From positions 1 through 61,020 of the forward strand of contig CAVKJG010000004.1 of assembly GCA_963656825.1 (NCBI GenBank): 61,020 nucleotides of DNA, in the 5' to 3' direction. This document shows, one piece after another, positions 55,937 to 61,020 of the stretch; the stretch's first letter is position 1, and each line of letters opens with the position of its first letter. The position numbers and the translations under genes are program-made. The notes under the pieces are model-generated. The model worked only from the letters and a program-made list of their open reading frames with translations, did no database searches and was not told the origin of the DNA. This DNA comes from Sphaerochaetaceae bacterium (lineage in GTDB: Bacteria > Bacillota > Clostridia > Oscillospirales > CAG-272).

Positions 55937-56338
55937 TTATCTCTTTGAGAACTGGGACGCACGACGAGCGGCTTTGAGACCGTATTTCTTTCTTTCCTTC
56001 ATTCTCGGGTCACGAGTGAGGAGACCTTCCTTCTTGAGAAGGGGTCTGTAAGAATCGTCTGCGAGGAGAAGGGCTCTTGAAATGCCGTGACGGATAGCAC
56101 CTGCCTGACCGGAGATACCGCCGCCTGCAGCCGTGCAGACTACGTCGAACTTGCCCTGTGTGCCTGTGACGGCGAAGGGCTGGTTAACGATGAGCTTGAG
56201 TGTTTCGAGACCGAAGTAATCGTCTATATCACGACCGTTGATCGTAACTGTGCCCGTGCCGGGATAAAGACGGACGCGTGCAACGGATTTCTTTCTTCTG
56301 CCTGTACCGTAGAAATAAGGTTTAGCACTTGTATACAT
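55937..56338 (-). CDS. rpsI: 30S ribosomal protein S9
   Basis: [14 protein letters not shown]...C-terminal RRASQFSKR. Confidence 0.95.
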   Translation of the reverse strand: MYTSAKPYFYGTGRRKKSVARVRLYPGTGTVTINGRDIDDYFGLETLKLIVNQPFAVTGTQGKFDVVCTAAGGGISGQAGAIRHGISRALLLADDSYRPLLKKEGLLTRDPRMKERKKYGLKAARRASQFSKR

Positions 56339-56358
56339 TGTTATTTCTCCTTTCTCTC

Positions 56359-56790
56359 TCAGTCAACGATGAATTCTTTGGGCTGCTGAGCCTGATGATT
56401 GTGCTCTGCGCCTTTGAAAACCTTAAGACGTGTGAGAGCGGTAGCACCGAGGGTGTTCTTGGGGAGCATTCCCTTGACTGCGAGAGTCATAGCGAGCTCG
56501 GGCTTTGTAGCCATAAGCGTCTTGTAGGAAACCTCTTTGAGTCCGCCGATGTAGCCTGAATGATGACGGTAGAATTTCTTTTCGAGCTTCTTACCTGTGA
56601 GAACCGCTTTCTCAGCGTTTACAACGATAACGAATTCGCCGCAATCAACGTTGGGTGTGAATTCGGGACGTGTTTTACCTCTGAGAAGATTTGCAGCGGC
56701 AACAGCTGTTTTGCCAAGAGGCTTGCCTGCCGCATCAATTACATACCAACCGCGAGAAACGGTTTCTTTTTTTGCCATGTAAGTTGACAT
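56359..56790 (-). CDS. rplM: 50S ribosomal protein L13
   Basis: N-terminus [20 protein letters not shown]. Confidence 0.95.
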   Translation of the reverse strand: MSTYMAKKETVSRGWYVIDAAGKPLGKTAVAAANLLRGKTRPEFTPNVDCGEFVIVVNAEKAVLTGKKLEKKFYRHHSGYIGGLKEVSYKTLMATKPELAMTLAVKGMLPKNTLGATALTRLKVFKGAEHNHQAQQPKEFIVD

Positions 56791-56848
56791 TGTATTTCCT
56801 CCGTAATGAATTTAAGCCGCGCAAAAAAAGCGCCGCTTTTTATGCAAC
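56791..56848 (-). promoter_or_regulatory. rplM 5' leader with a hairpin (possible L13 leader)
   Basis: On the minus strand: AAGCGGCGC-TTTTTTT-GCGCGGCTT, between the promoter and the SD. Confidence 0.4.
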
Positions 56849-56854
56849 GACGAA

Positions 56855-56883
56855 ATTATATCATTATGTTTACGGCTTGTCAA
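56855..56883 (-). promoter_or_regulatory. consensus sigma-A promoter of rplM-rpsI
   Basis: On the minus strand: TTGACA, a 17-nt spacer, then TATAAT. Confidence 0.7.
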
Positions 56884-57023
56884 GCGTTTTTGAAAAAATA
56901 ATTTGTATTTTTTAATTTAGCACGGTCAAAACTCGCAAAATCTTTCAAAATCGTGCGTTTTCAGGCTCAAACCTCGCCCGTCGGACAACAATTTTGTACC
57001 CGACAAAATATCGGCAAATACGC

Positions 57024-57052
57024 TTGAATTTACGGTATATATGTAGTATAAT
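57024..57052 (+). promoter_or_regulatory. sigma-A promoter of prfA
   Basis: TTGAAT, a 17-nt spacer, then TATAAT. Confidence 0.65.
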
Positions 57053-57083
57053 AAAGTGAAATACGAACTTCACGGAGGCAAAA

Positions 57084-58154
57084 ATGCTTGATAAGCTTGC
57101 GGAAATAGAAAAAAAGTACGAAGAAACGGAAGGTCTGCTTGCAAGCGCGGAATACATTTCCGATCCCGCAAAGCTGAGAGAAGCTATGAAGGAGCTGAAA
57201 AAGCTTGCGCCCGTGGTTGAAAAATTCCGCGAATACAAGGAATGGGTAAAACGCGCAAAAGAAGCGGAGGAGCTGCTTTCCGAAGGCGACGCCGAGCTGA
57301 AAAAGCTCGCGCAGGAGGAGCTTTCCGAGAGCAAGGACGCTGTCCGCCGCTGTGAAGAGGAGCTTACCGGACTTTTGATATCCAAAGATCCGAACGATGA
57401 AAAAAACGTCATAGTCGAGATACGCGGCGGTGCAGGCGGCGAAGAAGCGGCGCTTTTTGCGGGTTCGCTTTACAGAATGTACTCAATGTACGCGGCGGCG
57501 CATAAATATAAAACCGAGATAATTTCGTCAAATCCGACGGAGCTTGGAGGCTTTAAGGAAATTTCGTTTTCAGTTGAAGGCGAAGGCGCATATTCGCGGT
57601 TCAAGTACGAATCGGGCGTGCATCGCGTTCAGCGCGTGCCGGAAACCGAAGCGCAGGGAAGAATCCACACATCGACCGTGACGGTCGCAGTGCTTACGGA
57701 AGCCGAAGATATAGAAATCGAAATAAATCCTGCCGATCTGCAGATCGAAACGTGCAAATCAAGCGGCGCGGGAGGTCAGCACATAAACAAGACCGAATCC
57801 GCCATAAGAATAATTCATAAGCCGTCGGGACTTGTTGTCGAATGTCAGGAAGAACGCAGTCAGCTTCAGAACAGGGAAAAAGCAATGAAGCTTCTCCGCG
57901 CGCGGCTTTACGATATAGAACTGACAAAGCGCGATTCCGCAATCGCAAGCGAGCGCAGAAGTCAGGTCGGGACGGGCGATCGAAGCGAGCGGATAAGGAC
58001 ATACAATTTTCCGCAGGGCAGAGTGACCGACCACAGAATAGGACTTACGCTTTATTCCATAGACAGCATTATGGACGGCGGTCTTGACGGGCTTACAGAC
58101 GCGCTTTCGGCAGCCGAAACAGCCGAAAGATTAAAAGGAAGTAACGATAAATGA
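57084..58154 (+). CDS. prfA: peptide chain release factor 1
   Basis: PxT-type region VPETEAQGRIHTSTVTV and SGAGGQHINKTESA (GGQ). Confidence 0.95.
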   Translation: MLDKLAEIEKKYEETEGLLASAEYISDPAKLREAMKELKKLAPVVEKFREYKEWVKRAKEAEELLSEGDAELKKLAQEELSESKDAVRRCEEELTGLLISKDPNDEKNVIVEIRGGAGGEEAALFAGSLYRMYSMYAAAHKYKTEIISSNPTELGGFKEISFSVEGEGAYSRFKYESGVHRVQRVPETEAQGRIHTSTVTVAVLTEAEDIEIEINPADLQIETCKSSGAGGQHINKTESAIRIIHKPSGLVVECQEERSQLQNREKAMKLLRARLYDIELTKRDSAIASERRSQVGTGDRSERIRTYNFPQGRVTDHRIGLTLYSIDSIMDGGLDGLTDALSAAETAERLKGSNDK

Positions 58155-59200
58155 CGACAAAAACCGTAAAAATTGATTTTTCAAAGCCGCTTGAGGAGCA
58201 GCTTTCCGAAGCGGCGGAAATAATAAAGCGCGGCGGACTTGTGGCTTTTCCCACGGAAACCGTGTACGGACTCGGCGCTTCGGCGCTCGATACCGAGGCG
58301 GCAAAAAAGATATATGCGGCAAAGGGACGTCCGTCCGACAATCCGCTGATAATTCATATTGCCGAGCCCTCCGACGCGGGAAATTACTGCTTTGTAAACG
58401 ATTTTTACAATAAAATCGCAGAGAATTTCATGCCCGGTCCGATAACCGTGATAATGCCCAAAAAGGATATAATTCCGAAAGAAGTCACGGGCGGACTTGA
58501 TACGGTCGCGGTGCGATGTCCGAGGGACAGAGTCGCGCACACGCTGATAAAGCTGAGCGGCGTGCCGATCGCCGCGCCGTCCGCAAATATATCGGGCAGA
58601 CCGAGCCCGACTGAGGCGGAGACGGTTATCCGCGAAATGACGGGACGAATAGATATGATAATCGACGGCGGAAGCTGTGACATAGGACTTGAATCGACGA
58701 TAGTCAAAGCCGACGGCGACGGCGTGAAGCTGCTCCGTCCGGGCGGGGTGACGGTCGAAATGCTTCAGAGCGTATGCGGAAAGGTAACGATAGACAAAGC
58801 CGTAACCGAAAAGCTGAGCGACGGCGAGCGTCCCGAAGCGCCGGGAATGAAATACCGTCATTACGCTCCGCAGGCGAGCATGCAGCTTATCTGCGGCGAC
58901 GGCGACGATTTTTATGTGAGGGCGGCGGAGTTCATAAAAGCAAGGCTCGGAGAAAACGCCGATACGGGAGTGCTTTGTCCGGACGAGATAGCCGACACGC
59001 TTTCCGGGAAATATATAGTCCGCCTCGGGAAAATATCAGATACGGAGGAACACGCAAGGCGTCTGTTTTCGGCGCTGCGAAAATTTGACGATATGGGCGT
59101 TCAGACAATATACGCCGTTTCGGACGGCGAAAAAGGCATAGGACTTGCGCTTTACAATCGTATGCTGAAAGCCTCGGGGTACAGCGTTATAAACATCTGA
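58151..59200 (+). CDS. tsaC: L-threonylcarbamoyladenylate synthase, long Sua5/YwlC form
   Basis: GGLVAFPTETVYGLGA...GRPSDNPLIIH...APSANISGRPSPT plus the Sua5 C-terminal domain. ATGA overlap with prfA. Confidence 0.9.
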   Translation: MTTKTVKIDFSKPLEEQLSEAAEIIKRGGLVAFPTETVYGLGASALDTEAAKKIYAAKGRPSDNPLIIHIAEPSDAGNYCFVNDFYNKIAENFMPGPITVIMPKKDIIPKEVTGGLDTVAVRCPRDRVAHTLIKLSGVPIAAPSANISGRPSPTEAETVIREMTGRIDMIIDGGSCDIGLESTIVKADGDGVKLLRPGGVTVEMLQSVCGKVTIDKAVTEKLSDGERPEAPGMKYRHYAPQASMQLICGDGDDFYVRAAEFIKARLGENADTGVLCPDEIADTLSGKYIVRLGKISDTEEHARRLFSALRKFDDMGVQTIYAVSDGEKGIGLALYNRMLKASGYSVINI

Positions 59201-59218
59201 AAGGGGAGTGCCGCAAAG

Positions 59219-59830
59219 ATGATAATAGGTCTTACCGGCGCGATAGGCGCAGGAAAAAGCACGGTTTCCGCTATATTTTCGGATATGGGGTTTTCCGTTA
59301 TCGATTGCGACGCCATATCGCACGGGCTTGACGTTCAGCCCGAATACATAAACGCCGTAAGAAAAGAATTCGGCGACGGAGTGATAGATATAAGCTGCGG
59401 CACTGCAAGAGTTTCGAGAAAAGAGCTTGCGGAAATAGCTTTTTCCTCTGCGGAGGCGAAAAAACGCCTTGAAGCCATTGCTCACCCGATAATTTTGGGC
59501 GTGGTTTACGAAAGAATAAATGCGGCAAAGGCGTCCGGAAGAGACGTGGTGATAGACGCTCCGCTGCTTTTTGAATCGGGACTTGACCGCGTCTGCGATG
59601 TTACATTAGGCATTACGGCAAGCGAAAATATCCGGCGAGGGCGCGCGATAAAACGCGGCGGAATTTCAGCCGAAAACATCGAAAAGCGGATAAGCCTTCA
59701 GCCGAAAAGCGATTATTACGCTTCAAAGTGCGATTATATAATCGACAACGACGGCTCCGAAAACGAACTGAAAGCGAAAATTTCCGCTTTTGTTTCCGGA
59801 CTTGAAAAAGGAGGCGTCGATGACAGATAA
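59219..59830 (+). CDS. coaE: dephospho-CoA kinase
   Basis: N-terminus MIIGLTGAIGAGKSTVS. Confidence 0.9.
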   Translation: MIIGLTGAIGAGKSTVSAIFSDMGFSVIDCDAISHGLDVQPEYINAVRKEFGDGVIDISCGTARVSRKELAEIAFSSAEAKKRLEAIAHPIILGVVYERINAAKASGRDVVIDAPLLFESGLDRVCDVTLGITASENIRRGRAIKRGGISAENIEKRISLQPKSDYYASKCDYIIDNDGSENELKAKISAFVSGLEKGGVDDR

Positions 59831-60938
59831 ACGGCGGAGTCTGCTTTTGCTTGTCTGCGAAATGCTTGCGCTTGCCTTGGTTTTTGTTTTTGTCATGACG
59901 TGCGGAAGCTCGGCGTATGTAAAGGAGCTTTTCGACAAAATAGAGTATCCGCGCGATTACGTTGAATATGTCAGAAAATATTCTTACAGATACGGTGTTG
60001 ACGAAAATATGATTTTTGCTATAATAAAGGCTGAGAGCGGCTTCGACAAGGACGCGGAGTCCGCAGCCGGAGCGATAGGTCTTATGCAGATAATGCCGTC
60101 AACCTACGAAGGCGACCTTAAAAATGCGCTTGGCTTTGACTCGGGAAAGGGCGATACTTTTACGGCTCTGAAAAATCCCGAGACGAACATAATCTGCGGA
60201 ACGTATTATTTTTCGCATTGGCAAAAATACTTTGAAGACGACGCCACGGCGCTTGCGGCATACAACGCAGGACCCGGAACCGTTGAAAGATGGCTTTCCG
60301 ACAAGTCGCTTATAAATGCCGAAGGAAAGCTCGATCCGGAAAAGATTCCTTATAAGGAAACCAGAAAATATGTCCGCAGGGTGCTTTCGTATTATGAGCA
60401 TTACAGGGCTGTGTACGGAAACGCCGATAACGATGAAAACGCAAGCATATCACGCGCGCAGGCGCTTGAATATGCCAAAAAATACGGCGCTGAATTCAAA
60501 GTGGATTACAATTTTATAATGGCTGTTATCGAAACGGAATCAAGCTTCAGATACGCGGTGATTTCTTCGTCGGGAGCGATAGGACTCATGCAGATGAAAT
60601 CAAGCACTTATCTTGTCGATGTGGCGGCGAATCTCAATCTGCCGCAGGGCGCGGACGAGCTGTTCGAGCCGGAATTCAACGTCATGTGCGGAGCTTATTA
60701 TCTTCATTGGCTCGACTGGCGCGTTGACGGAATAAACGCGATAGCGGCGGCGTATCACGGCGGAATAGGAACCGTGCGCGGCTGGCTCGCAGACGAGAGT
60801 ATTTCTCCCGACGGAGTGCTCGATCCCGAGAAAATACCCGACGCGGCTACAAAACGGTATGTAGAAAAGATACGGAGCTTTTACGAGAAATCGGAAGAGC
60901 TTGACGGTCCGGACGAAACATATAAATTTTCATTTTGA
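59820..60938 (+). CDS. membrane-anchored protein with two lytic transglycosylase (SLT) domains
   Basis: ATG 59820 follows AAAGGAGG. Contains AIIKAESGFDKDAESAAGAIGLMQIMPSTY and AVIETESSFRYAVISSSGAIGLMQMKSSTY. Confidence 0.8.
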   Translation: MTDKRRSLLLLVCEMLALALVFVFVMTCGSSAYVKELFDKIEYPRDYVEYVRKYSYRYGVDENMIFAIIKAESGFDKDAESAAGAIGLMQIMPSTYEGDLKNALGFDSGKGDTFTALKNPETNIICGTYYFSHWQKYFEDDATALAAYNAGPGTVERWLSDKSLINAEGKLDPEKIPYKETRKYVRRVLSYYEHYRAVYGNADNDENASISRAQALEYAKKYGAEFKVDYNFIMAVIETESSFRYAVISSSGAIGLMQMKSSTYLVDVAANLNLPQGADELFEPEFNVMCGAYYLHWLDWRVDGINAIAAAYHGGIGTVRGWLADESISPDGVLDPEKIPDAATKRYVEKIRSFYEKSEELDGPDETYKFSF

Positions 60939-60967
60939 AAAATAATTATTTGAAAGGATAAAAAGAA

Positions 60968-61020
60968 ATGTCAGAAGAAAAAACACAGGCACAGCAGCTT
61001 AAAGAAAAGCTGTTCTATTC
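60968..61020 (+). CDS. start of an unidentified CDS (3' truncated by the window end)
   Basis: ATG follows AAAGGA. MSEEKTQAQQLKEKLFY... runs open to the window edge. Confidence 0.3.
   Translation, partial: MSEEKTQAQQLKEKLFY

Overview
This window is chromosomal DNA from a spore-forming Firmicute, about 50% GC, with Clostridia-type gene order; the taxon is inferred. It is mostly core housekeeping sequence. From left to right it holds: a large 5'-partial lipoprotein gene; the complete spoIIIAA-AH operon; tRNA-Arg(CCG); and a small amidohydrolase/TSCPD operon. Next come the full S10-spc-alpha ribosomal protein cluster (rpsJ to rplQ, including secY, adk, map, infA, rpmJ and rpoA), an XRE regulator, and a 27-codon spoVM gene that is absent from the ORF track. 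These are followed by rimP-nusA-ylxR-ylxQ-infB and then a mixed accessory stretch. That stretch contains a GHL6-like glycosidase, a fucO-like gene, a gpsA-like gene, pdxK, a preQ1 riboswitch with queT, tRNA-Pro(CGG), and two MATE exporters. It also contains TetR, HxlR and MarR regulators, pepT, two tRNA-Ser genes, a GH78 rhamnosidase, darA and brnQ. The window ends with rplM-rpsI on the opposite strand and prfA-tsaC-coaE plus a double-SLT transglycosylase. I found no CRISPR array, transposase, integrase or rRNA. The observations most worth follow-up are: (1) a two-operator XRE switch over a consensus promoter that drives an apparently non-coding, highly structured ~190-nt RNA convergent with spoVM; (2) two diverged inverted copies of an ~85-100-nt structured element with compensatory substitutions, each just beyond the terminator of a tRNA gene; (3) a terminator-containing leader upstream of rpsJ; (4) a glycosidase gene fused into the infB operon where rbfA/truB are expected; (5) a darA-marR-MATE operon with two perfect palindromes in its promoter. 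All functional calls come from reading the translated ORFs and motifs. No database search was run.
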